IMG/VR virus record: IMGVR_UViG_3300032007_000071
Coordinates: 1 to 64,000 of that record
From: a virus
Taxonomy: Duplodnaviria > Caudoviricetes
DNA: 64,000 nt
Direction: 5' to 3' (one strand)
The stretch's first letter is position 1; every line of letters begins with the position of its first letter. The notes below the pieces were generated by a model, which saw nothing but the letters and a program-made list of their open reading frames with translations, did not search any database and was not told where the DNA came from. The position numbers and the translations under genes are program-made. Positions 47,233 through 55,971 of this stretch are shown here, in pieces.

Positions 47233-48132
47233 ATGAGAAATCTGTTTTCTTTCGCAGCCGTGGCACTCGTCTGTGCCGCTTGTACCAATCAGACCGAACT
47301 GGCAGAGACCAGTGAAGCATCAGTAGAGAAGCAGCGGGTGACGCTCTCTTTCTCGCCCTTCACGATGACCCCCATGGGAGCCAAGGCAAGAGTGACAACC
47401 CGTGCTACGGTGCCGGTCAGTGACGTGGTGAACCGCCTCGACGTGTGGCTGATGGAGGGAGACTCCACCACGGCCCTCACGAAACGTGAGGTGGTAGCGG
47501 AAAGTCACCAGACCGCCACAGACGATGGCTTCGGCTCGTTGTCGCTCACACTCGACAAGAGCAAGACCTACACCCTCTATGCCATCGGCCACAAGGAGAG
47601 TGCGCCCACGACACTCTCCACGGGGGTGGTATCGTTCCCGGACACGAAGAAGTCGCAGACGCTCTATTATTCTACTACCTTCACGCCCGCCACAACAACG
47701 ACCCTTGAATGTAAGATGCTTCGGGCGGTGGGTATGTTCCGGGTCGTCATCGAAGACGAGATACCCTCTGAGGTGAAGAAGATTTCTATCACCGCGGACG
47801 GAACGCCGACACAGTGGAGCTTCCCACAACATGCGGGCATCACGCCGACGGACACCTACTCCATATCGTGGACGAGTTTCAAGCACGAGGCGGACGGCAC
47901 CATGTCGTTTAGTATCTATATCTTAAGCAGTGACACGGAGAAACGCTATTCCATCACGGTCTCTGCCTATGGCGCCGACGGAGCCGTGTTGAAGACCCGC
48001 ACATTCACGGACGTGCCTATCCGCAACAACTACCGCACGATCTACACCGGCCGCTTCTTTAAGGACACGCCCTTTTCCTCTAAGTTTCGGGTGGAGGAAG
48101 ACTGGCTGGAATATGACGCAGTAGCGTATTAA
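47233..48132 (+). CDS. FimB/Mfa2-family (type V pilus) lipoprotein
   Basis: Lipobox CAAC, propeptide ending VTTRA, beta-sandwich pattern, C-terminal VPIRNNYRTIYTGRFF..F.V..DW strand. Confidence 0.72.
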   Translation: MRNLFSFAAVALVCAACTNQTELAETSEASVEKQRVTLSFSPFTMTPMGAKARVTTRATVPVSDVVNRLDVWLMEGDSTTALTKREVVAESHQTATDDGFGSLSLTLDKSKTYTLYAIGHKESAPTTLSTGVVSFPDTKKSQTLYYSTTFTPATTTTLECKMLRAVGMFRVVIEDEIPSEVKKISITADGTPTQWSFPQHAGITPTDTYSISWTSFKHEADGTMSFSIYILSSDTEKRYSITVSAYGADGAVLKTRTFTDVPIRNNYRTIYTGRFFKDTPFSSKFRVEEDWLEYDAVAY

Positions 48133-48138
48133 TCTCAT

Positions 48139-48332
48139 CGGTCGCTTCGCCCCCTTCCTTTTGGGCGCTACGCTTGAAATTTTACTTAAAATTTCTACTT
48201 AAAATTTTACTTAAAATTTGGCTGACGCGACGATTGTTGGTCGCTTCGCTTGAAATTTTACTTAAAATTCTTACTTAAAATTTTACTTAAAATTCCATGC
48301 GGAACCGGATGCAGTAGGGAGCGGAGCGACTG
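48139..48332 (-). repeat. Modular inverted-repeat element, copy G left arms
   Basis: Two gcttgaaattttacttaaaatt units then ccatgcggaaccggatg, upstream of GxxExxY. Confidence 0.88.
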
Positions 48333-48360
48333 CTTATCGTTTTCTTAAATTTAATTCGCC

Positions 48361-48783
48361 ATGAATGTAATAGAAGAACATAACGCTCCGTTGGAACCGA
48401 TGCGGGTCATCACGGGCGTTGCAATGAAAGTACATGCAAAATTCCGTTCCGGTCTGTTGGAATCCGCTTATGAGGCAGCAATGGAATACTTGCTGAAGAA
48501 AGGCGGCCATGTAGTAGAGCGGCAGAAAGAGCTGCCCATATTTTGGGACGATGTTCGCTTGAATCAAACTTACCGTATGGACTTGGTGATTGACGGAGTG
48601 ATTGTAGAGCTCAAATCCGTCAGCCATACGACCGATGCACACCTTCGCCAACTGTGGAACTACATGCGTCTTACTCATACGGAGTATGGTATGCTTATCA
48701 ATTTTGGTGCTGAGCATCTGTTCTCTGTGTGGTTTCGTCGTGATCCGATTACTAACCGCATCGAGCGGGTAAAGCTCCTTTAG
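48361..48783 (+). CDS. GxxExxY protein (PD-(D/E)XK nuclease superfamily)
   Basis: GLLESAY motif, RMDLVIDGVIVELKS catalytic core, QLWNYM..GMLINFG. Confidence 0.9.
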   Translation: MNVIEEHNAPLEPMRVITGVAMKVHAKFRSGLLESAYEAAMEYLLKKGGHVVERQKELPIFWDDVRLNQTYRMDLVIDGVIVELKSVSHTTDAHLRQLWNYMRLTHTEYGMLINFGAEHLFSVWFRRDPITNRIERVKLL

Positions 48784-48789
48784 CGGTTT

Positions 48790-48878
48790 GCGCCAGCCAA
48801 ATTTTAAGTAAAATTTTAAGTAAGAATTTTAAGTAAAATTTCAAGCGAAGCGCCCCGTAACAAGGGAGCTTGCGACCG
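48790..48878 (-). repeat. Modular inverted-repeat element, copy G right arm
   Basis: gcgccagccaaattttaagtaaaatt...tcaagcgaagcgcccc..aagggagcttgcgaccga; inverted relative to the left arms. Confidence 0.9.
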
Positions 48879-48911
48879 AAACCAAACGAATCGTTTGCAC
48901 TTGCAAACAAC

Positions 48912-48952
48912 AAAGGGAGCTATCGGCCCAAGCACCGATGGCTCCCTTTTCT
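48912..48952. terminator. Bidirectional terminator
   Basis: aaagggagctatcgg..ccgatggctccctttt between convergent genes. Confidence 0.75.
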
Positions 48953-48975
48953 TTTCCTTTGCTTGAAAATCCAAA

Positions 48976-49458
48976 CTAAGCAGTTATCAGCTGTAGTCCC
49001 ATGAGGTTATCCACCTTGAACGACACGCTTGTCTTGGCATCCTCCCGGTTCACCTCACACGCGTAGGTATCCTGAGTGGCTGTCACGAACGCACGCGCGC
49101 CCCCACGGAACGTGAGCAACAGATGGCACGGCGTGCGCTCCAGGGTCGTCAGATAGCCCCACGTCGTCTTGTCCCGGTCGTCGGCCTCACAAGACACCGT
49201 GACCGTGTGCTTGCGCCCGGCCACGCTGTCGCTCTCATCGTCCTTCACCTTTCCCGTGCCCCGCATGATCGGAATGAGTTTTCCGCCCGTCGTGGCAGGA
49301 AATGCCCCGATGACGATAGCGCTCGTGAGGGTAGGGGAGAAATCGGTACTCGGGATGGTCGGAGACACCTGCCAGGCATGAGTGCCCGGGGAGTAGTCAG
49401 TCACCGGGATGGCCGTGACCGACAACAGACCATTGAGGTCGAACTCCTTGCAGTCCAT
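48976..49458 (-). CDS. Hypothetical virion protein (tail-tube-like beta protein)
   Basis: Last gene of the head/tail operon; beta-rich. Confidence 0.6.
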   Translation of the reverse strand: MDCKEFDLNGLLSVTAIPVTDYSPGTHAWQVSPTIPSTDFSPTLTSAIVIGAFPATTGGKLIPIMRGTGKVKDDESDSVAGRKHTVTVSCEADDRDKTTWGYLTTLERTPCHLLLTFRGGARAFVTATQDTYACEVNREDAKTSVSFKVDNLMGLQLITA

Positions 49459-49461
49459 GGC

Positions 49462-50151
49462 TTAGTCCTCCTCTGACTGTTCTGACCGAATGACCGTCGC
49501 AGACGACTCTTCTTGGGTCTCGTCCATGCTCACGGGCAGGCTCCCTGCCTCTGGCTCTGTGGCACTCTCTGCCTTTGGCTCGTCGGCACTCTCTGTCTTA
49601 CGCTCGGCTTTCTGCTTGCGTGCGGTACGCTTGGTGGGCTTCGCCACTTCCGTGTAACGTTTCCAAAGGGCATCTACCTCTCCTTGTACAGCTGTGGCCT
49701 CACAGACGAAGTGTTCCCCATAGCGGAAGTTGAGTGGTCCCGTCACCGCAAGGTCGGGGAGCAGCAGCACGGTGTCGGTCTGTGCCTTGTCCACAAGCGT
49801 CAGTCGGTCGGGGAACGGATTGTTCTTGACCCACTGGGAGGCCTTGGGAGAGGCACTGTCGCCTAAGTCGGCAATGATCGTCAGCTTGTGCAGGCAGTTC
49901 ATGCGGCCTTTTCCGTCCATGCGTCCCCACGTCCGTCTCATCCATTCGTAGATGATGTCGGCAGCCTGGTCGGGAACGGCCGGCGCCGCTATGATCATGT
50001 CGATCTCGACATAGCGTGAGAGGATGGCTGGCAGCAGTTCAGTCAGCGACATATCTCCGTAGCCTTCAAAAAGCGTTTTCCCGTTGTCTCCTATCGCGTC
50101 GCGCAACATCGGGAATTGTTTCTGTGCGCAACATGGTTCTATTGTCATCAT
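49462..50151 (-). CDS. Hypothetical protein
   Basis: 229-aa ORF in the structural operon. Confidence 0.65.
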   Translation of the reverse strand: MMTIEPCCAQKQFPMLRDAIGDNGKTLFEGYGDMSLTELLPAILSRYVEIDMIIAAPAVPDQAADIIYEWMRRTWGRMDGKGRMNCLHKLTIIADLGDSASPKASQWVKNNPFPDRLTLVDKAQTDTVLLLPDLAVTGPLNFRYGEHFVCEATAVQGEVDALWKRYTEVAKPTKRTARKQKAERKTESADEPKAESATEPEAGSLPVSMDETQEESSATVIRSEQSEED

Positions 50152-50161
50152 AGTCGTTGTG

Positions 50162-51388
50162 TTATTTGATGTTAGTGGTTGGTATGTGGTAGGTCGCTGG
50201 GAACGCCGTGAAGAGTTTCTTGTGACGCAGTTCCCGGGCCTCCCGTGCTTGTCGTTCCTTCGCTTCCTCCACGTTCTTTGCGTCCCGTTCTTTTTGCGCC
50301 TCCCGCTCCTTCACCTGATTGTAGATAGGGGTGTCGATGACGGCATCGCCGAGTGCGGAGAGGTTGTCCTCGACATACTGGCACGCCATGGCCATCGCTT
50401 GCTGGGCGTCCGACATCGCGTCCCGTTGCAACAATCTCTCTTTGGAAGGCGTGAGCGTGGTGCGACGGCTGTCTACATAGAAAGCCAGGGCCGTGCGGAG
50501 CATGGAAAGCAACTCCTCGGCAGCGTTGGTAGGAATCGGATTTTTGGTCTCTCCGTCTGAGGTGGTCGTGGCATCGGACTCCAGTCCGTTTGAATAGTTG
50601 ACGATCGCCTTCAGCAACTTGGCACCGATCCGTGGCTTGATGTAGGTGTTCTGGCAAAAGCGGATGTCACGCACCAATGATACGTAGGTCATGCGGTCGC
50701 CGTTGATGTTCAGATACTCGTTGAGCACCCTTGCCGTCTGAAAGAGCAGGTCACGATGGAGATAGAACGCGTCGGCTTCCTTCCACAGTTCCGTGAAGAG
50801 GCGGTCGCCTTTGGCATCGGCTTCGAGGAAGAGGAGAAGCGTATCGACAGCCCGTCCCGCACTCATGTAGGCATCCTTTGCCACACGTTCCATGCGCTTG
50901 TCGTCGGCAGGATCGTAGCCGTCAGCACTCACCACGTTCATGCCGCCACCCTCGTTGAAGGAGACGGTGAGCAGTCCTGCCTTGTGCGCCAACATCTTGT
51001 AGAACTCAATCTGTTGGCAGATACGCAGCAGTCTGACGGTCTGCAGGTCTTCCGCCGTGACGTCGCTGTCCTCGGCCGATGGCTCTGACGCGTCGGCAGA
51101 GAGATTGCCGTTGGAGATGTCGTTGAGACGGTCGGTCACGTGCGCATAGGGCACGGCGGGGTTCTTTCGCGCCTTGCCAGTGGGGGAGATGGTCGTCGAG
51201 GTGATGTCGGTATAGCTTTCGCGCAGTCGCTCGCACTCCGTGCACAGATGTGCGTAGAGCGCAGCTCCCAACAGGGGTTCCAGGGCTACCCGCTCTTCCT
51301 CTTCGAGATAGCCATAGAGCTGTTGCGGTCGGCTCCAGCGTGCCGTGGGCATCAGACTGACGATTTCGTTTTCGGTCTTTATAAACAT
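50162..51388 (-). CDS. Probable head-completion/adaptor protein (DUF6712-like)
   Basis: Two internally repeated helical halves; position after capsid and tail tube genes. Confidence 0.55.
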   Translation of the reverse strand: MFIKTENEIVSLMPTARWSRPQQLYGYLEEEERVALEPLLGAALYAHLCTECERLRESYTDITSTTISPTGKARKNPAVPYAHVTDRLNDISNGNLSADASEPSAEDSDVTAEDLQTVRLLRICQQIEFYKMLAHKAGLLTVSFNEGGGMNVVSADGYDPADDKRMERVAKDAYMSAGRAVDTLLLFLEADAKGDRLFTELWKEADAFYLHRDLLFQTARVLNEYLNINGDRMTYVSLVRDIRFCQNTYIKPRIGAKLLKAIVNYSNGLESDATTTSDGETKNPIPTNAAEELLSMLRTALAFYVDSRRTTLTPSKERLLQRDAMSDAQQAMAMACQYVEDNLSALGDAVIDTPIYNQVKEREAQKERDAKNVEEAKERQAREARELRHKKLFTAFPATYHIPTTNIK

Positions 51389-51407
51389 ATCGTATCGTTT
51401 TATGGGT

Positions 51408-51452
51408 TAAAAAGAAAGAGGCCCAGGCCGCTGATGCAGTGCCTGGGCCTCG
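51408..51452 (-). terminator. Intrinsic terminator after the tail tube gene
   Basis: gaggcccaggc..gcctgggcctc followed on the minus strand by a T tract. Confidence 0.7.
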
Positions 51453-51486
51453 TGCCTATTGAGGATTGATACGCGGATGAGCTTGA

Positions 51487-52092
51487 TTATCCGTGAGACT
51501 CAGAAGAGGAAGGGGTAGTGGAAGCAGCCGTCGCATCGGCCTGGTCGATGTTGCCGTACCACTTGGTCTTGGAGTAGAGCTGATAGTCGCACTTCACGGT
51601 GAAGGTCTGACCGTGGTCGTCGGTGCGCTTGGTGCCGGTGTCTGACTTCACAGACCACTCTGCCTCGCCGTTCTCATTACCAACGACGATGAACTCCTTC
51701 AGGCCGTCGGCGTTTGTCTGGCCGGTGAAGAAGAAGTAGAGGAACTTGTCGCTGTTGTGCAGGACACGGCTGGTGAAAACCATATCGTCCTCGGAGAGCT
51801 CCACACGGCCCGTAGCGGTGCCGCTCCAGCCTTTGCCCGTGCCGTTGTCGTCGGAAGAGTACTGACCCGTCTGACTCTTATAGTCGATACGGTAGCCTTG
51901 AAGGGCGGGCGTAGCAGAAGCTGACTCTCCGGCCTTTGCCTTAGCCTTGATGTCGTACTGGTTCTTCTCGGCGTTGGCGGTGATGGACGCAATGTTCTCG
52001 AGAGGTACGGCAAACAGATAGTTGCCGAGACCTGCAGGATTCTCTGTGCAAGTTGCGCCGGAGATAACGGATTTTGGAATACAAGATGTCAT
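51487..52092 (-). CDS. Probable major tail tube protein
   Basis: Directly after the capsid gene; C-x-ENPAGL start and beta-rich pattern, high-expression codon bias. Confidence 0.6.
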   Translation of the reverse strand: MTSCIPKSVISGATCTENPAGLGNYLFAVPLENIASITANAEKNQYDIKAKAKAGESASATPALQGYRIDYKSQTGQYSSDDNGTGKGWSGTATGRVELSEDDMVFTSRVLHNSDKFLYFFFTGQTNADGLKEFIVVGNENGEAEWSVKSDTGTKRTDDHGQTFTVKCDYQLYSKTKWYGNIDQADATAASTTPSSSESHG

Positions 52093-52194
52093 AGTCGTAA
52101 TTGTTATTTTGTGTTTGTGTTGTTGTTTGAATGGGCCGATAAGAGGGCGGCGACTGACTCAGCGGCCAGCCGCCGCAGCACCTCCTATGACTTG

Positions 52195-53562
52195 TTAGGG
52201 CTCGGGCTGTTTACCGCCCTCAGAGCCCGATTCTGTGCCTGTGCCTGCGCCAGCACCTGTGCCTGCGCCTGCGGAAGCGCCAGCACCTGCGGGAGCGGTC
52301 TCAGCCTTCTCGAACTGAGCCAGCAGCTTGACGTTGCCACCACCGAACTTGTAGTTGTAGGGGTTCTCTTTTGCGCCGTCGTTCCAACCTACGAACTTAT
52401 AGCCGCTTGCAGGAGTAGCCTTGACGGTGATGACGTCACCCTCCTCGTAGAGGTCCTTCTTGCCGGAAGTGATCTCGGCCGTACCCTCCTTCGTGTCGGA
52501 AGAATCAACGGTGAACACGTCAGCGATGTAGTCGCCGGCAGGCACGTTGTTAGGCACGTTGGTCTGGTCGTTGACACAGATAGAGCGCGGAGAGTAGTCG
52601 CGGACACGCGTATCCTGGGCGGTCTGAACCTGATAGTCGTAGAGGTTGTGATCGTCGCTGTTGCGCTCAACGGTGATGTTGGCCTGACCCTCCGGACGGA
52701 TGTCACAGATGTACTCCAAGATACCTGGGAGAGCGAAGATAATCTCCGATCCCTTACCCATAGCAGAGTGCGTGACGAGCGTAACGTTCTTCATCTGAGA
52801 GAACTTCCAACCCTCCTTCAGTGTATCGGGAGCCAGCTGCGGGTGCTTGACCATGTAACCCTCGACGATCTTGTCGGCGAGAGGAGAGCTGACGTATGCC
52901 ATCAACTCCTCGGCAGCACGCAGGTCGTCGTTGAGCGCCTGATACATAGCCTTGAACGCTTCATAGGCTTCCTCTGGATCGACGCTTGATGACATCAGAT
53001 CGCCTGTCTTGACAAGGTTGCCGATAGCCTCGCTGATGGTGCCATCGGTGATAGCCTTGGCAATCTTGGTGTAGATACCATCGTAGAGTGAAAGGCCGAG
53101 TTTCACCTGGTTCTCTGCTGTCTCTGGCAGCTTGGCGTTGGCCTTGTTACCGAAGAAGACGTTTGCACGTACATCCCGTGCGTGGCTCTCAGCGATCTTG
53201 TTGAGCAGGAACTGCGTCTGCTCAGCGTTTGTCGTGCCGTCGGGATTGACGTGGAAAGGCTCCTTCTCGCGGTACTTCTGTACGTTGTCCTGCGGGTGTG
53301 TGACAGCGAGGATCACCTTTGCGGGGTTCTCGATGACCTTACCCAGCTGGACTTTCTTTACGGCACCCGGATGGTACTGGCGAGCCTGCAGTCCCTTGTC
53401 GTTGAAGAGGAAGAGCTTGTCGAGGTTCTCTACGTCGGTGGTGATGGTGAACTTAAGGTTTGGGAGCATCTGGTCGTTGAGCATGGAAGCACGAGAGACC
53501 AGATCGGTGTGCAACTGCTCAGTGACAGTCTGCACTTGGCTAAGACTAATTGCGTATGCCAT
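52195..53562 (-). CDS. Major capsid protein with C-terminal InlB-B/Flg_new-like repeat domain
   Basis: Follows the prohead protease, own promoter, HK97-like size; C-terminal GDVITVKATPASGYKFVGW motif. Confidence 0.75.
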   Translation of the reverse strand: MAYAISLSQVQTVTEQLHTDLVSRASMLNDQMLPNLKFTITTDVENLDKLFLFNDKGLQARQYHPGAVKKVQLGKVIENPAKVILAVTHPQDNVQKYREKEPFHVNPDGTTNAEQTQFLLNKIAESHARDVRANVFFGNKANAKLPETAENQVKLGLSLYDGIYTKIAKAITDGTISEAIGNLVKTGDLMSSSVDPEEAYEAFKAMYQALNDDLRAAEELMAYVSSPLADKIVEGYMVKHPQLAPDTLKEGWKFSQMKNVTLVTHSAMGKGSEIIFALPGILEYICDIRPEGQANITVERNSDDHNLYDYQVQTAQDTRVRDYSPRSICVNDQTNVPNNVPAGDYIADVFTVDSSDTKEGTAEITSGKKDLYEEGDVITVKATPASGYKFVGWNDGAKENPYNYKFGGGNVKLLAQFEKAETAPAGAGASAGAGTGAGAGTGTESGSEGGKQPEP

Positions 53563-53615
53563 AATCTAACTGTTTATGTGTTTGTGTTCGAAAATTTGTG
53601 TTTGTGTTGTTGCTG

Positions 53616-53651
53616 CAAAATTAATGCGTTGGCTGTCAGAAGTCAAGGGCG
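53616..53651 (-). promoter_or_regulatory. Putative late promoter for the capsid gene
   Basis: Minus strand CGCCCTTGACTTC, 20 nt from CTTG to TAatTTTG. Confidence 0.7.
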
Positions 53652-53661
53652 TCGTTGAGAC

Positions 53662-55701
53662 TTATCGGCGGCGACGCTTTTCGGCCATCTCCTTGTCTTG
53701 CTTGCGCAGCCGCTCGCGGATCTCGTCAGCACTCATGTCAGAGGTGACAATACTCTTCACGGCTCCTGTCATCACGGCACCAGTGCCATTGTCCTTGGGT
53801 ACGCCAGCTTCGTCGTTGGCCATGGGAGCGGGCTCGGCAGCGAGCTCCTTGACCTCTCCACGCAGCTCGGAGACCTGCTTCTTCAGTGCGGCAACGGATT
53901 CCGTCAGTACCTTGATGCTCTTGTCACGGTCGGCGATGGCGACAAGGTTCTTCGAGTTGTCCTTCGACTTCTCTTCGAGCTGCTTCTGTAACTCGGCAAT
54001 CTTGCTGTCCTTTGCCTTGATGGTCTTGTCGCGTTCGGCTACAAGACTCTCGGCATTGCGCAGAGCGTCGTTGGCGTTGTCGTCCTTCTTGGGCTCTCCG
54101 CCACCGCATTTCTCGTCGGGTTCCTCACCCTTTTTCTTCTTCGGGTCGTCCTCCGGCTCGTTGGGCTCTGTGGCTGGTTCCTCGTTGGGATCCTCACCTT
54201 TGGGTTCCTCGGCTGGCTCCTCGTTGGGATCCTCGCCTTTAGGCTCCTCGTTGGGCTCTGTGGCGGGCTCCTCGTTAGGATCCTCACCCTTTGGCTCCTT
54301 GTTGGGCTCTGTAGCGGGCTCCTCGTTGGGGTCTTTCTTCTTAGGATCGTCCTCGCCTTTGGTAGGTTCGGTCTTGGGTGCCTCGGCAGTCTGTGCGGTC
54401 TGCTGGGCTTTCTTCTCTTTGTCTTCCATATTGTTATTGTGTTGTGGTTTAGCGATCTCTTTTTCTACCGGGCCAAATATCGTCTCGTGGACTTCCTTAA
54501 CGTGTCCGTTGTTTACGATCTTTGTTGTGCCTTTCCTCGTAGATATGGCAGCCTTCTGCTGCTCGTTGAGTTTAGACATCTCGTCCTGCTCTTTCTTGTT
54601 GGCCGTGTTACCAATCTCCGGCTCATCTTCCGGGCCTTCGGGAACAGGCTGTGCGTCGGGGTTGGGGTCGGGTTCCGGCTCTTTCTGTGGGTCTGGCTCC
54701 ACCTTGGGCTCTTCCTTCGGCTCGTCGTTAGTCTTGGAAGGCTCGGCTTTCTTTGCCTCACGTGCAGGAGTCAGTCTACCATCGGCCAACTCAAAGATGC
54801 ACTCGATGGCGCGGTCGAGCGTGCCAATCTCATCGACGAGTGCCGGCATCACTTCCTGAGCCTCGAACACGTTGCCGCTCAACATCCAGTCCTCCACCAA
54901 CGGACGGTTGTCGCGGACGGTCTGGTGGAACTCGTCGGTGTCCTTGTTGATGAGTGCCTGTAACTTCTCGTAGTCGCCCTCGGCGGCATTGCGATACCAG
55001 TCGTTCTTTTCTGGAGCGTTGTCGCCTACTATCTCGATGTATCGGGAGCCGTCCACGTCCTTTGCACCATCGGGGGTAGCCCAGAACGCAGCCATCGAGC
55101 CAATGCAGCCGATGTCGTCCTTGGGGTTCCGTACCACCATACGGTCGCAACGGCATCCGAGGTTGATGAGAGAGGAACAAGCCATGCCATCGACAAACAT
55201 CACGGCCGGTTTCTTATGCGCACGCCAGTCCTCCATCATCAGGTCGTAATCCTTACGGCATGCGCTCTCACCACCGGGACTGTTGACGATGAAGAGGTGG
55301 CCGACGACCTGTGGGATCGTATCGGCATAGAGAATCTGGTCGCGCCAGTCCTTGGTGCCATACGAACAGGCACCACCGTCACGGGTGACAGGGCCGTTAA
55401 TAGTTACCACGTTGATGACCTGATCGTCGTCGGCCAGTTCCTCGTCGTTCCAATATAGATGGTTCTCGACGCTGTGGATGTTGCCGACATAGAGTTTGTC
55501 CTGGAAGTTGCCGGCGATTGACTTCTTGGGGTCTTTAGAGATGATGCCTTTCTTGGAGAGGAAGTAACCCTGCTCCTTCTCTACATCATTATTAAGATGC
55601 ACCTCGATGGCCTTCTTCAGGCCGTTGGCATAGTTCTGTGCCATATCGCGGCGGAAGTCCCATGACACCGTGCGAAGAATATTCAAGAGTGAAATGTCCA
55701 T
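53662..55701 (-). CDS. S49 (SppA/ClpP-like) prohead protease fused to a scaffold-like acidic/coiled-coil region
   Basis: VNSPGGE, DGMACSS, IGCIGS S49 motifs; C-terminal Pro/Glu repeats and coiled coil. Confidence 0.85.
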   Translation of the reverse strand: MDISLLNILRTVSWDFRRDMAQNYANGLKKAIEVHLNNDVEKEQGYFLSKKGIISKDPKKSIAGNFQDKLYVGNIHSVENHLYWNDEELADDDQVINVVTINGPVTRDGGACSYGTKDWRDQILYADTIPQVVGHLFIVNSPGGESACRKDYDLMMEDWRAHKKPAVMFVDGMACSSLINLGCRCDRMVVRNPKDDIGCIGSMAAFWATPDGAKDVDGSRYIEIVGDNAPEKNDWYRNAAEGDYEKLQALINKDTDEFHQTVRDNRPLVEDWMLSGNVFEAQEVMPALVDEIGTLDRAIECIFELADGRLTPAREAKKAEPSKTNDEPKEEPKVEPDPQKEPEPDPNPDAQPVPEGPEDEPEIGNTANKKEQDEMSKLNEQQKAAISTRKGTTKIVNNGHVKEVHETIFGPVEKEIAKPQHNNNMEDKEKKAQQTAQTAEAPKTEPTKGEDDPKKKDPNEEPATEPNKEPKGEDPNEEPATEPNEEPKGEDPNEEPAEEPKGEDPNEEPATEPNEPEDDPKKKKGEEPDEKCGGGEPKKDDNANDALRNAESLVAERDKTIKAKDSKIAELQKQLEEKSKDNSKNLVAIADRDKSIKVLTESVAALKKQVSELRGEVKELAAEPAPMANDEAGVPKDNGTGAVMTGAVKSIVTSDMSADEIRERLRKQDKEMAEKRRRR
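54135..54365 (-). repeat. Coding tandem repeats (EPKGEDPNEEPATEPN, about 51 bp)
   Basis: Four degenerate units inside the protease-scaffold ORF. Confidence 0.8.
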
Positions 55702-55728
55702 AACCTTTGCGTTTGTTGAATTTTGGCC

Positions 55729-55765
55729 GAAAGTTAATACATTGAGGAACTTAGGTCAAGGGCAA
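55729..55765 (-). promoter_or_regulatory. Putative late promoter for the protease/scaffold gene
   Basis: Minus strand TTGCCCTTGACC, 20 nt from CTTG to TAacTTTC. Confidence 0.65.
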
Positions 55766-55922
55766 AGTATTTCCGTAAGGTAGATACAAAAAATCAGCCT
55801 TAGTGACTTTGAGAAGTCTCTAATGCTGAATTTTAGAATCAGAAGTACTGATTGCGAGCAAACACAATGCTGTTTGCTCGAAAACAGTACGGTGATTTTT
55901 TGGGGGCTGTTTTTGGGGGTAT

Positions 55923-55962
55923 AAAAAAGGCAGACGTTTTGATCGTCTGCCTTGTCTTTTTT
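55923..55962. terminator. Terminator after the HTH regulator
   Basis: aaaaaggcagacg..cgtctgcctt hairpin. Confidence 0.65.
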
Positions 55963-55971
55963 GGTGGTTGG

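Noticed and set aside
11205-48878. Dispersed repeat elements as a CRISPR-like array
   Set aside because: Copies are kilobases apart, arms are inverted rather than direct, and there is no leader or cas gene; kept instead as a separate repeat/mobile-element hypothesis
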